Below are positions 13,001 through 28,000 of a stretch of DNA of 64,000 nt, in pieces. Below the pieces are notes generated by a model. The model made no database searches and had not been told where the DNA came from. It was given only the letters and a program-made list of their open reading frames with translations. A program made the translations under genes and the position numbers. Source of the stretch: Eukaryota sp. GEM-RC1 (taxonomy: Eukaryota); the NCBI GenBank assembly GCA_040285855.1, contig JAUFOQ010000017.1, forward strand, positions 806,001 to 870,000. Reading direction: 5' to 3'. Position 1 is the first letter of the stretch. Every line of letters starts with the position of its first letter.

Positions 13001-16000
13001 TAAATGCCTGATTTCAAATGACAACTACCATCAACAATACTGTGATAATCAAAACTGATTGAAGAATTTCTGAGAGTGAAAGTGAAAGAATTACCGAGAA
13101 AATAGTGAACAAAAGAATTGAATTTGTCATATCCAGAATCACATCATCAAAACCTAAAATAAGTACTGAAACGGTAGTATCAGCCAGTGATATATTTGAA
13201 TTAGTAACTAAAAACTCTTCTACAACATCAGAAAAAGAAGATTTTGAAACAGAAAAGTTGGAAGAATTCAAGATAATATGAAAACATGATATGATAGAGT
13301 CTGATATAAAAAGAAACGTATCAGAAGATCCTACTCCTATTGAAGATAAAGTTGAAATATTTAGTATAACCTGACTAAAACGTAAATTACCAAAATTGAG
13401 AATGTTGTCTACAATTTCATCAACAAATAGAGTACCTTCAAAAATCAATTCAGCATTATCATTGACTGTAACATAAGTAAAATGAACAACAGAATTAGCA
13501 AGAAAGTGTAAGAATCCATTACTATGAGTAAAGTTCAATTGACATAGCAAATCACCTGAAAACTTAACTCTTGAATAGGGAGAATTAATAACATGACAAG
13601 ATCCTTCAAAAGAGGAGTCACGCGAAATAGATAAATCATAACTATCAAAAACAACATCAGAATACGAAGCATTGACCAAAAGAAACGGAGAACCCGTCAT
13701 TTTGATAATTAATTGAGCAGAGAATAATTCAAATTCAGTGGCTAATTCAGACTTTGCAGCTTGTCCTTTCAAAGTAACAGTAGAACTAATGACCTGAACT
13801 GATCCACGTAAAGGATTTGTCAAGACTCCTATAGACTCAAATACAGAAGGGTGGTAGACTACCAGCGGATCAAAAATATCTAAGTCACAATAAACAACAA
13901 CTTTTCCTGAATTAATAATTTTGAATGATTTGATCAGTGAAATCAAATGTGACGTGTCATCAAGAGTTAAACTCCCAACAACTTGTAATTGACCATGGAA
14001 AAGATCACTATTGAACTGGTCTGATGATTCAGAGAAAGATGACGTGTGGTCAACTGGAATTCTTAGGACTGATGATGGAAGAAAATTAATCTTCAATGAA
14101 GCAACATCATCAACGAGTAGATCAAAAAATCCATCAGAATATCTTAAGAATTCACCATTAACTGCATGAACTGATTTTGAGATGGTTAGGTTTCCAGAGA
14201 AGTTTCCATTATTCCAAGCCAAATTCTCAACTGATAGGGATACTGCCTTAACAGTAACAGTTCCTTCAGTAAAATTGAAATATTCAATACTTATTGAGCC
14301 CAAAGAGATGAAAGTTAGATCATTATAATTCTCAAACTTTAATTGTGAATGAAACAAATCCGTATTTACATCAAAAATGGTCATTCCCTCATTAATAAAA
14401 ACAGAATCCGTGGAATCAGACAGAAATTGAACAGAGTCAGCAAACTCTACAGTAGATTCTTCTGGAACTTTAAGAGTACACATTGATTTACACTCAACTG
14501 TTAGAGAAACAAACTGAACAGCTTTGAGATTTAGCTCAGAATTATCTAATAAATATAAATTAGACTTATCATCACCATAATCTATATCAGAACAAAGTGA
14601 TAATTGTCCAGAAAGTTTTCCCTTAGACCAGGTCAATGAATCAATTTCACAGTCATCACAATGCAGGTGTCCCGTGCTTTTAACTTTTAAATTCTTAATG
14701 GTGGAGATGTCTCCCTCATCATCTTGTAGAGTTAGGAATCCTTCTACTATTAGAAGACCTTTGAACAACTCATCGTTGAACTGTTGAATAGAGTTGGAAA
14801 AGATGACGTTTTTCGTGAAGGGAACTTTCAAGACTGATGATGTGGCAAAAGTAACAGCCATGGAATCTACTGTAGAAGCAGACAAAGTAAAAGTACCATC
14901 AGTAAAACTACGAACTTCAGCACCAACAGCAGTAATGGAGTTTGAAACAGTGATATCTCCTGAATAGTCTCCTTCAATCCAAGTAAAATCAGTAAGTAGT
15001 AAAGAAGAGTCAGGCACCACAGTAACAGTTCCTTTAACAAAATTGAAATCATTAATACTAAATGAACTGGAAGATGTGAAGGTTAAATCATTATGATTTT
15101 CAAACATCAATTCTGAGTTAAACCCATTCGAATTTACATCAAAAGTTGTTATTCCATCATTAATAAAGATAGAATCCGTAGAATCAGACAAAAATTCGAC
15201 AAACTCAGCAAACTCTACAGTAGATTCTTCTGGAACTTTAAGAGTACACATTGATTTACACTCAACTGTTAGAGAAACAAACTGAACAGCTTTGAGAGTT
15301 AGCTCAGAATTATCTAATAAATATAAATTAGACTTATCATCACCATAATCTATATCAGAACAAAGTGATAATTGTCCAGAAAGTTTTCCCTTAGACCAGG
15401 TCAATGAATCAATTTCACAGTCATCACAATGCAGGTGTCCCGTGCTTTTAACTTTTAAATTCTTAATGGTGGAGATGTCTCCCTCATCATCTTGTAGAGT
15501 TAGGAATCCTTCTACTATTAGAAGACCTTTGAACAACTCATCGTTGAACTGTTGAATAGAGTTGGAAAAGATGACGTTTTTCGTGAAGGGAACTTTCAAG
15601 ACTGATGATGTGGCAAAAGTAACAGCCATGGAATCTACTGTAGAAGCAGACAAAGTAAAAGTACCATCAGTAAAACTACGAACTTCAGCACCAACAGCAG
15701 TAATGGAGTTTGAAACAGTGATATCTCCTGAAAAGTCTCCTTTAATCCAAGTAAAATCAGTAAGTAGTAAAGAAGAGTCAGGCACCACAGTAACAGTGCC
15801 TTTAACAAAATTGAAATCTTTAATACTAAATGAATTGGAAGATGTGAAGGTTAAATCATTATGATTTTCAAACATCAATTCTGAGTTGAACCCATTCGAA
15901 TTTACATCAAAAGTTGTTATTCCATCATTAATAAAGATAGAATCCGTATAATCAGACAAAATTCGACAAAATCAGCAAACTCTACAGTAGATTCTTCTGG

Positions 16001-19000
16001 AACTTTAAGAGTGCACATTAATTTACACTCAACTGTTAGAGAAACAAACTGAACAGCTTTGAGAGTTAGCTCAGAATTATCTAATAAATATAAATTAGAC
16101 TGATCATCACCATAAACTATATCAGAACAAAGTGATATTTGTCCAGACAATTCTCCTTTAGACCAGGTCAATGAATCAATTTCACAGTCATCACAATGCA
16201 GGTGTCCCGTGCTTTGAACTTCTAAATTCTTAATGGTGGAGAAGTCTCCCTTATCATCTTGTAGAGTTAGGGATCCTTCTACTACCAGGAGACCTTTAAA
16301 CAACTCAGTGTTGAACTGATGAATAGAGTTGGAAAAGATGACGTTTTTGGTTACGGGAATTTTCAAGACTGACGGTGTCGAAAAAGTAACAGCCATGGAT
16401 ACTACTGTAGATACAGACAAAGTAAAAGTACCATCAGTAAAACTACGAACTTCAGCACCAACAGCAGTAATGGAGTTTGAAACAGTGATATCTCCTGAAA
16501 AGTCTCCTTCAATCCAAGTAAAATCAGTAAGTAGTAAAGAAGAGTCAGGCACCACAGTAACAGTGCCTTTAACAAAATTGAAATCTTTAATACTAAATGA
16601 ACTGGAAGATGTGAAGGTTAAAGCATTATGATTTTCAAGCATCAATTCTGAGTTGAACCCATTCGAATTTACATCAAAAGTTGTTATTCCATCATTAATA
16701 AAGATAGAATCCGTAGAATCAGACAAAAATTCGACAAAATCAGCAAACTCTACAGTAGATTCTTCTGGAACTTTAAGAGTGCACATTGATTTACACTCAA
16801 CTGTTAGGGAAACAAACTGAACAGCTTTGAGAGTTAGCTCAGAATTATCTAATAAATATAAATTAGACTTATCATCACCATAAATTATATCAGAACAAAG
16901 TGATATTTGTCCAGAAAGTTCTCCTTTAGACCAGGTCAATGAATCAATTTCACAGTTATCACAATGCAGGTCTCCCATGCTTTGAACTTTTAAATTCTTA
17001 ATGGTAGAGAAGTCTCCCTCATCATCTTGTAGAGTTAGGGATCCTTCTACTATTAGAAGACCTTTAAACAACTCAGTGTTGAACTGATGAATAGAGTTGG
17101 AAAAGATGACGTTTTTGGTTACGGGAATTTTCAAGACTGACGGTGTCGAAAAAGTAACAGCCATGGATACTACTGTAGATACAGACAAAGTAAAAGTACC
17201 ATCAGTAAAACTACGAACTTCAGCACCAACAGCAGTAATGGAGTTTGAAACAGTGATATCTCCTGAAAAGTCTCCTTTAATCCAAGTAAAATCAGTAAGT
17301 ACCAAAGAAGAGTCAGGCACCACAGTAACAGTGCCTTTAACAAAATTGAAATCTTTAATACTAAATGAACTGGAAGATGTGAAGGTTAAAACATTATGAT
17401 TTTCAAACATCAATTCTGAGTTAAACCCATTCGAATTTACATCAAAAGTTGTTATTCCATCATTAATAAAGATAGAATCCGTAGAATCAGACAAAAATTC
17501 GACAAACTCAGCAAACTCTACAGTAGATTCTTCTGGAACTTTAAGAGTGCACATTGATTTACACTCAACTGTTAGGGAAACAAACTGAACAGCTTTGAGA
17601 GTTAGCTCAGAATTATCTAATAAATATAAATTAGACTTATCATCACCATAAATTATATCAGAACAAAGTGATATTTGTCCAGAAAGTTTTCCTTTAGACC
17701 AGGTCAATGAATCAATTTCACAGTCATCACAATGCAGGTGTCCCGTGCTTTTAACTTTTAAATTCTTAATGGTGGAGATGTCTCCCTCATCATCTTGTAG
17801 AGTTAGGGATCCTTCTACTATTAGAAGACCTTTAAACAACTCATCGTTGAACTGTTGAATAGAGTTGGAAAAGATGACGTTTTTCGTGAAGGGAACTTTC
17901 AAGACTGATGATGTGGCAAAAGTAACAGCCATGGATACTACTGTAGATACAGACAATGTAAAAGTACCATCAGTAAAACTACGAAGTTCAGCACCATCAG
18001 CAGTAATAGAGTTTGAAACAGTGATATCTCCTGAAAAGTCTCCTTTAATCCAAGTAAAATCAGTAAGTAGTAAAGAGGAGTCAGGCACCACAGTAACAGT
18101 TCCTTTAACAAAATTGAAATCTTTAATACTAAATGAACTGGAAGATGTGAAGGTTAAAACATTATGATTTTCAAACATCAATTCTGAGTTAAACCCATTC
18201 GAATTTACATCAAAAGTTGTTATTCCCTCATTAATAAAAACAGAATCCGTAGAATCAGATAAAAATTGAACAGAGTCAGCAAACTCTACAGTAGATTCTT
18301 CTGGAACTTTAAGAGTACACATTGATTTACACTCAACTGTTAGAGAAACAAACTGAACAGCTTTGAGAGTTAGCTCAGAATTATCTAATAAATATAAATT
18401 AGACTTATCATCACCATAATCTATATCAGAACAAAGTGATAATTGTCCAGAAAGTTTTCCCTTAGACCAGGTCAATGAATCAATTTCACAGTCATCACAA
18501 TGCAGGTGTCCCGTGCTTTGAACTTCTAAATTCTTAATGGTGGAGAAGTCTCCCTTATCATCTTGTAGAGTTAGGGATCCTTCTACTACCAGGAGACCTT
18601 TAAACAACTCAGTGTTGAACTGATGAATAGAGTTGGAAAAGATGACGTTTTTGGTTACGGGAATTTTCAAGACTGACGGTGTCGAAAAGTAACAGCCATG
18701 GATACTACTGTAGATACAGACAAAGTAAAAGTACCATCAGTAAAACTACGAACTTCAGCACCAACAGCAGTAATGGAGTTTGAAACAGTGATATCTCCTG
18801 AAAAGTCTCCTTCAATCCAAGTAAAATCAGTAAGTAGTAAAGAAGAGTCAGGCACCACAGTAACAGTGCCTTTAACAAAATTGAAATCTTTAATACTAAA
18901 TGAACTGGAAGATGTGAAGGTTAAAGCATTATGATTTTCAAGCATCAATTCTGAGTTGAACCCATTCGAATTTACATCAAAAGTTGTTATTCCATCATTA

Positions 19001-22000
19001 ATAAAGATAGAATCCGTAGAATCAGACAAAAATTCGACAAAATCAGCAAACTCTACAGTAGATTCTTCTGGAACTTTAAGAGTGCACATTAATTTACACT
19101 CAACTGTTAGAGAAACAAACTGAACAGCTTTGAGAGTTAGCTCAGAATTATCTAATAAATATAAATTAGACTGATCATCACCATAAACTATATCAGAACA
19201 AAGTGATATTTGTCCAGACAATTCTCCTTTAGACCAGGTCAATGAATCAATTTCACAGTCATCACAATGCAGGTGTCCCGTGCTTTGAACTTCTAAATTC
19301 TTAATGGTGGAGAAGTCTCCCTTATCATCTTGTAGAGTTAGGGATCCTTCTACTACCAGGAGACCTTTAAACAACTCAGTGTTGAACTGATGAATAGAGT
19401 TGGAAAAGATGACGTTTTTGGTTACGGGAATTTTCAAGACTGACGGTGTCGAAAAAGTAACAGCCATGGATACTACTGTAGATACAGACAAAGTAAAAGT
19501 ACCATCAGTAAAACTACGAACTTCAGCACCAACAGCAGTAATGGAGTTTGAAACAGTGATATCTCCTGAAAAGTCTCCTTCAATCCAAGTAAAATCAGTA
19601 AGTAGTAAAGAAGAGTCAGGCACCACAGTAACAGTGCCTTTAACAAAATTGAAATCTTTAATACTAAATGAACTGGAAGATGTGAAGGTTAAAGCATTAT
19701 GATTTTCAAGCATCAAGTCTGAGTTAAACCCATTCGAATTTACATCAAAAGTTGTTATTCCATCATTAATAAAGATAGAATCCGTAGAATCAGACAAAAA
19801 TTCGACAAAATCAGCAAACTCTACAGTAGATTCTTCTGGAACTTTAAGAGTGCACATTGATTTACACTCAACTGTTAGGGAAACAAACTGAACAGCTTTG
19901 AGAGTTAGCTCAGAATTATCTAATAAATATAAATTAGACTTATCATCACCATAAATTATATCAGAACAAAGTGATATTTGTCCAGAAAGTTCTCCTTTAG
20001 ACCAGGTCAATGAATCAATTTCACAGTTATCACAATGCAGGTCTCCCATGCTTTGAACTTTTAAATTCTTAATGGTAGAGAAGTCTCCCTCATCATCTTG
20101 TAGAGTTAGGGATCCTTCTACTATTAGAAGACCTTTAAACAACTCAGTGTTGAACTGATGAATAGAGTTGGAAAAGATGACGTTTTTGGTTACGGGAATT
20201 TTCAAGACTGACGGTGTCGAAAAGTAACAGCCATGGATACTACTGTAGATACAGACAAAGTAAAAGTACCATCAGTAAAACTACGAACTTCAGCACCAAC
20301 AGCAGTAATGGAGTTTGAAACAGTGATATCTCCTGAAAAGTCTCCTTTAATCCAAGTAAAATCAGTAAGTACCAAAGAAGAGTCAGGCACCACAGTAACA
20401 GTGCCTTTAACAAAATTGAAATCTTTAATACTAAATGAACTGGAAGATGTGAAGGTTAAAACATTATGATTTTCAAACATCAATTCTGAGTTAAACCCAT
20501 TCGAATTTACATCAAAAGTTGTTATTCCCTCATTAATAAAAACAGAATCCGTAGAATCAGATAAAAATTGAACAGAGTCAGCAAACTCTACAGTAGATTC
20601 TTCTGGAACTTTAAGAGTACACATTGATTTACACTCAACTGTTAGAGAAACAAACTGAACAGCTTTGAGAGTTAGCTCAGAATTATCTAATAAATATAAA
20701 TTAGACTTATCATCACCATAATCTATATCAGAACAAAGTGATAATTGTCCAGAAAGTTTTCCCTTAGACCAGGTCAATGAATCAATTTCACAGTCATCAC
20801 AATGCAGGTGTCCCGTGCTTTTAACTTTTAAATTCTTAATGGTGGAGATGTCTCCCTCATCATCTTGTAGAGTTAGGAATCCTTCTACTATTAGAAGACC
20901 TTTGAACAACTCATCGTTGAACTGTTGAATAGAGTTGGAAAAGATGACGTTTTTCGTGAAGGGAACTTTCAAGACTGATGATGTGGCAAAAGTAACAGCC
21001 ATGGAATCTACTGTAGAAGCAGACAAAGTAAAAGTACCATCAGTAAAACTACGAACTTCAGCACCAACAGCAGTAATGGAGTTTGAAACAGTGATATCTC
21101 CTGAAAAGTCTCCTTTAATCCAAGTAAAATCAGTAAGTAGTAAAGAAGAGTCAGGCACCACAGTAACAGTGCCTTTAACAAAATTGAAATCTTTAATACT
21201 AAATGAACTGGAAGATGTGAAGGTTAAATCATTATGATTTTCAAACACCAAGTCTGAGTTAAACCCATTCGAATTTACATCAAAAGTTGTTATTCCATCA
21301 TTAATAAAGATAGAATCCGTAGAATCAGACAAAAATTCGACAAACTCAGCAAACTCTACAATAGATTCTTCTGGAACTTCAAGAGTACACATTGATTCAC
21401 ACTCAACTGATAGAGAAACAAACTGAACAGCTTTGAGAGTTAGCTCAGAATTATCGAATAAATATAAATTAGACTGATCATCACCATAAATTATATCAGA
21501 ACAAAGTGATAATTTTCCAGAAAGTTCTCCTTTAGACCAGGTCAATGAATCAATTTCACAGTCATCACAATGCAGGTGTCCCGTGCTTTGAACTTCTAAA
21601 TTCTTAATGGTGGAGAAGTCTCCCTCATCATCTTGTAGAGTTAGGGATCCTTCTACTACCAGGAGACCTTTAAACAACTCAGTGTTGAACTGTTGAATAG
21701 AGTTGGAAAAGATGACGTTTTTGGTTACGGGAATTTTCAAGACTGACGGTGTCGAAAAAGTAACAGCCATGGATACTACTGTAGATACAGACAAAGTAAA
21801 AGTACCATCAGTAAAACTACGAACTTCAGCACCAACAGCAGTAATGGAGTTTGAAACAGTGATATCTCCTGAAAAGTCTCCTTTAATCCAAGTAAAATCA
21901 GTAAGTAGCAAAGAAGAGTCAGGCACCACAGTAACAGTGCCTTTAACAAAATTGAAATCTTTAATACTAAATGAACTGGAAGATGTGAAGGTTAAAACAT

Positions 22001-25000
22001 TATGATTTTCAAACATCAATTCTGAGTTAAACCCATTCGAATTTACATCAAAAGTTGTTATTCCATCATTAATAAAGATAGAATCCGTAGAATCAGACAA
22101 AAATTCGACAAACTCAGCAAACTCTACAGTAGATTCTTCTGGAACTTTAAGAGTGCACATTGATTTACACTCAACTGTTAGGGAAACAAACTGAACAGCT
22201 TTGAGAGTTAGCTCAGAATTATCTAATAAATATAAATTAGACTTATCATCACCATAAATTATATCAGAACAAAGTGATATTTGTCCAGAAAGTTTTCCTT
22301 TAGACCAGGTCAATGAATCAATTTCACAGTCATCACAATGCAGGTGTCCCGTGCTTTTAACTTTTAAATTCTTAATGGTGGAGATGTCTCCCTCATCATC
22401 TTGTAGAGTTAGGGATCCTTCTACTATTAGAAGACCTTTAAACAACTCATCGTTGAACTGTTGAATAGAGTTGGAAAAGATGACGTTTTTCGTGAAGGGA
22501 ACTTTCAAGACTGATGATGTGGCAAAAGTAACAGCCATGGATACTACTGTAGATACAGACAATGTAAAAGTACCATCAGTAAAACTACGAAGTTCAGCAC
22601 CATCAGCAGTAATAGAGTTTGAAACAGTGATATCTCCTGAAAAGTCTCCTTTAATCCAAGTAAAATCAGTAAGTAGTAAAGAGGAGTCAGGCACCACAGT
22701 AACAGTTCCTTTAACAAAATTGAAATCTTTAATACTAAATGAACTGGAAGATGTGAAGGTTAAAACATTATGATTTTCAAACATCAATTCTGAGTTAAAC
22801 CCATTCGAATTTACATCAAAAGTTGTTATTCCCTCATTAATAAAAACAGAATCCGTAGAATCAGATAAAAATTGAACAGAGTCAGCAAACTCTACAGTAG
22901 ATTCTTCTGGAACTTTAAGAGTACACATTGATTTACACTCAACTGTTAGAGAAACAAACTGAACAGCTTTGAGAGTTAGCTCAGAATTATCTAATAAATA
23001 TAAATTAGACTTATCATCACCATAATCTATATCAGAACAAAGTGATAATTGTCCAGAAAGTTTTCCCTTAGACCAGGTCAATGAATCAATTTCACAGTCA
23101 TCACAATGCAGGTGTCCCGTGCTTTGAACTTCTAAATTCTTAATGGTGGAGAAGTCTCCCTCATCATCTTGTAGAGTTAGGGATCCTTCTACTACCAGGA
23201 GACCTTTAAACAACTCAGTGTTGAACTGTTGAATAGAGTTGGAAAAGATGACGTTTTTGGTTACTGGAATTTTCAAGACTGACGGTGTCGAAAAGTAACA
23301 GCCATGGATACTACTGTAGATACAGACAATGTAAAAGTACCATCAGTAAAACTACGAACTTCAGCACCAACAGCAGTAATGGAGTTTGAAACAGTGATAT
23401 CTCCTGAAAAGTCTCCTTCAATCCAAGTAAAATCAGTAAGTAGTAAAGAAGAGTCAGGCACCACAGTAACAGTTCCTTTAACAAAATTGAAATCTTTAAT
23501 ACTAAATGAACTGGAAGATGTGAAGGTTAAATCATTATGATTTTCAAACATCAATTCTGAGTTAAACCCATTCGAATTTACATCAAAAGTTGTTATTCCA
23601 TCATTAATAAAGATAGAATCCGTAGAATCAGACAAAAATTCGACAAACTCAGCAAACTCTACAGTAGATTCTTCTGGAACTTTAAGAGTGCACATTGATT
23701 TACACTCAACTGTTAGGGAAACAAACTGAACAGCTTTGAGAGTTAGCTCAGAATTATCTAATAAATATAAATTAGACTTATCATCACCATAAATTATATC
23801 AGAACAAAGTGATATTTGTCCAGAAAGTTTTCCTTTAGACCAGGTCAATGAATCAATTTCACAGTCATCACAATGCAGGTGTCCCGTGCTTTTAACTTTT
23901 AAATTCTTAATGGTGGAGATGTCTCCCTCATCATCTTGTAGAGTTAGGGATCCTTCTACTATTAGAAGACCTTTAAACAACTCATCGTTGAACTGTTGAA
24001 TAGAGTTGGAAAAGATGACGTTTTTCGTGAAGGGAACTTTCAAGACTGATGATGTGGCAAAAGTAACAGCCATGGATACTACTGTAGATACAGACAATGT
24101 AAAAGTACCATCAGTAAAACTACGAAGTTCAGCACCATCAGCAGTAATAGAGTTTGAAACAGTGATATCTCCTGAAAAGTCTCCTTTAATCCAAGTAAAA
24201 TCAGTAAGTAGTAAAGAGGAGTCAGGCACCACAGTAACAGTTCCTTTAACAAAATTGAAATCTTTAATACTAAATGAACTGGAAGATGTGAAGGTTAAAA
24301 CATTATGATTTTCAAACATCAATTCTGAGTTAAACCCATTCGAATTTACATCAAAAGTTGTTATTCCCTCATTAATAAAAACAGAATCCGTAGAATCAGA
24401 TAAAAATTGAACAGAGTCAGCAAACTCTACAGTAGATTCTTCTGGAACTTTAAGAGTACACATTGATTTACACTCAACTGTTAGAGAAACAAACTGAACA
24501 GCTTTGAGAGTTAGCTCAGAATTATCTAATAAATATAAATTAGACTTATCATCACCATAATCTATATCAGAACAAAGTGATAATTGTCCAGAAAGTTTTC
24601 CCTTAGACCAGGTCAATGAATCAATTTCACAGTCATCACAATGCAGGTGTCCCGTGCTTTTAACTTTTAAATTCTTAATGGTGGAGAAGTCTCCCTCATC
24701 ATCTTGTAGAGTTAGGAATCCTTCTACTATTAGAAGACCTTTAAACAACTCATCGTTGAACTGTTGAATAGAGTTGGAAAAGATGACGTTTTTCGTGAAG
24801 GGAACTTTCAAGACTGATGATGTGGCAAAAGTAACAGCCATGGAATCTACTGTAGAAGCAGACAAAGTAAAAGTACCATCAGTAAAACTACGAACTTCAG
24901 CACCAACAGCAGTAATGGAGTTTGAAACGGTGATATCTCCTGAAAAGTCTCCTTTAATCCAAGTAAAATCAGTAAGTAGTAAAGAAGAGTCAGGCACCAC

Positions 25001-28000
25001 AGTAACAGTGCCTTTAACAAAATTGAAATCTTTAATACTAAATGAATTGGAAGATGTGAAGGTTAAATCATTATGATTTTCAAACATCAATTCTGAGTTG
25101 AACCCATTCGAATTTACATCAAAAGTTGTTATTCCATCATTAATAAAGATAGAATCCGTAGAATCAGACAAAAATTCGACAAAATCAGCAAACTCTACAG
25201 TAGATTCTTCTGGAACTTTAAGAGTGCACATTAATTTACACTCAACTGTTAGAGAAACAAACTGAACAGCTTTGAGAGTTAGCTCAGAATTATCTAATAA
25301 ATATAAATTAGACTGATCATCACCATAAACTATATCAGAACAAAGTGATATTTGTCCAGAAAGTTTTCCCTTAGACCAAGTCAATGAATCAATTTCACAG
25401 TCATCACAATGCAGGTGTCCCGTGCTTTGAACTTCTAAATTCTTAATGGTGGAGAAGTCTCCCTCATCATCTTGTAGAGTTAGGGATCCTTCTACTATTA
25501 GCAGACCTTTAAACAACTCAGTGTTGAACTGATGAATAGAGTTGGAAAAGATGACGTTTTTGGTTACGGGAATTTTCAAGACTGACGGTGTCGAAAAAGT
25601 AACAGCCATGGATACTACTGTAGATACAGACAAAGTAAAAGTACCATCAGTAAAACTACGAACTTCAGCACCAACAGCAGTAATGGAGTTTGAAACAGTG
25701 ATATCTCCTGAAAAGTCTCCTTTAATCCAAGTAAAATCAGTAAGTAGCAAAGAAGAGTCAGGCACCACAGTAACAGTGCCTTTAACAAAATTGAAATCTT
25801 TAATACTAAATGAACTGGAAGATGTGAAGGTTAAAGCATTATGATTTTCAAGCATCAAGTCTGAGTTAAACCCATTCGAATTTACATCAAAAGTTGTTAT
25901 TCCATCATTAATAAAGATAGAATCCGTAGAATCAGACAAAAATTCGACAAACTCAGCAAACTCTACAATAGATTCTTCTGGAACTTTAAGAGTACACATT
26001 GATTCACACTCAACTGTTAGAGAAACAAACTGAACAGCTTTGAGAGTTAGCTCAGAATTATCGAATAAATATAAATTAGACTGATCATCACCATAAATTA
26101 TATCAGAACAAAGTGATAATTTTCCAGAAAGTTCTCCTTTAGACCAGGTCAATGAATCAATTTCACAGTCATCACAATGCAGGTGTCCCGTGCTTTGAAC
26201 TTCTAAATTCTTAATGGTGGAGAAGTCTCCCTCATCATCTTGTAGAGTTAGGGATCCTTCTACTACCAGGAGACCTTTAAACAACTCAGTGTTGAACTGT
26301 TGAATAGAGTTGGAAAAGATGACGTTTTTGGTTACTGGAATTTTCAAGACTGACGGTGTCGAAAAAGTAACAGCCATGGATACTACTGTAGATACAGACA
26401 ATGTAAAAGTACCATCAGTAAAACTACGAACTTCAGCACCAACAGCAGTAATGGAGTTTGAAACAGTGATATCTCCTGAAAAGTCTCCTTCAATCCAAGT
26501 AAAATCAGTAAGTAGTAAAGAAGAGTCAGGCACCACAGTAACAGTTCCTTTAACAAAATTGAAATCTTTAATACTAAATGAACTGGAAGATGTGAAGGTT
26601 AAATCATTATGATTTTCAAACATCAATTCTGAGTTAAACCCATTCGAATTTACATCAAAAGTTGTTATTCCATCATTAATAAAGATAGAATCCGTAGAAT
26701 CAGACAAAAATTCGACAAACTCAGCAAACTCTACAATAGATTCTTCTGGAACTTTAAGAGTACACATTGATTCACACTCAACTGTTAGAGAAACAAACTG
26801 AACAGCTTTGAGAGTTAGCTCAGAATTATCGAATAAATATAAATTAGACTGATCATCACCATAAATTATATCAGAACAAAGTGATAATTTTCCAGACAAT
26901 TCTCCTTTAGACCAGGTCAATGAATCAATTTCACAGTCATCACAATGCAGGTATCCCGTGCTTTGAACTTCTAAATTCTTAATGGTAGAGATGTCTCCTT
27001 CATCATCTTGTAGAGTTAGGGATCCTTCTACTATTAGAAGACCTTTAAACAACTCAGCGTTGAACTGCTGAATAGAGTTGGAAAAGATGACGTTTTTGGT
27101 TAACGGAATTTTCAAGACTGACAACGTGGAAAAAGTGACAGCCATTGATTCTACTGTAGAAACAGACAAGGTAAAAGTACCATCAGTAAAACTACGAACT
27201 TCAGCACCAACAGCAGTAATGGAGTTTGAAACAGTGATATCTCCTGAAAAGTCTCCTTTAATCCAAGTAAAATCAGTAAGTAGCAAAGAAGAGTCAGGCA
27301 CCACGGTAACAGTGCCTTTAACAAAATTGAAATCTTTAATACTAAATGAACTGGAAGATGTGAAGGTTAAAGCATTATGATTTTCAAGCATCAAGTCTGA
27401 GTTAAACCCATTCGAATTTACATCAAAAGTTGTTATTCCATCATTAATAAAGATAGAATCCGTAGAATCAGACAAAAATTCGACAAACTCAGCAAACTCT
27501 ACAATAGATTCTTCTGGAACTTTAAGAGTACACATTGATTCACACTCAACTGTTAGAGAAACAAACTGAACAGCTTTGAGAGTTAGCTCAGAATTATCGA
27601 ATAAATATAAATTAGACTGATCATCACCATAAATTATATCAGAACAAAGTGATAATTTTCCAGAAAGTTCTCCTTTAGACCAGGTCAATGAATCAATTTC
27701 ACAGTCATCACAATGCAGGTGTCCCGTGCTTTGAACTTCTAAATTCTTAATGGTGGAGAAGTCTCCCTCATCATCTTGTAGAGTTAGGGATCCTTCTACT
27801 ACCAGGAGACCTTTAAACAACTCAGTGTTGAACTGTTGAATAGAGTTGGAAAAGATGACGTTTTTGGTTACTGGAATTTTCAGGACTGACGGTGTCGAAA
27901 AAGTAACAGCCATGGATACTACTGTAGATACAGACAATGTAAAAGTACCATCAGTAAAACTACGAACTTCAGCACCAACAGCAGTAATGGAGTTTGAAAC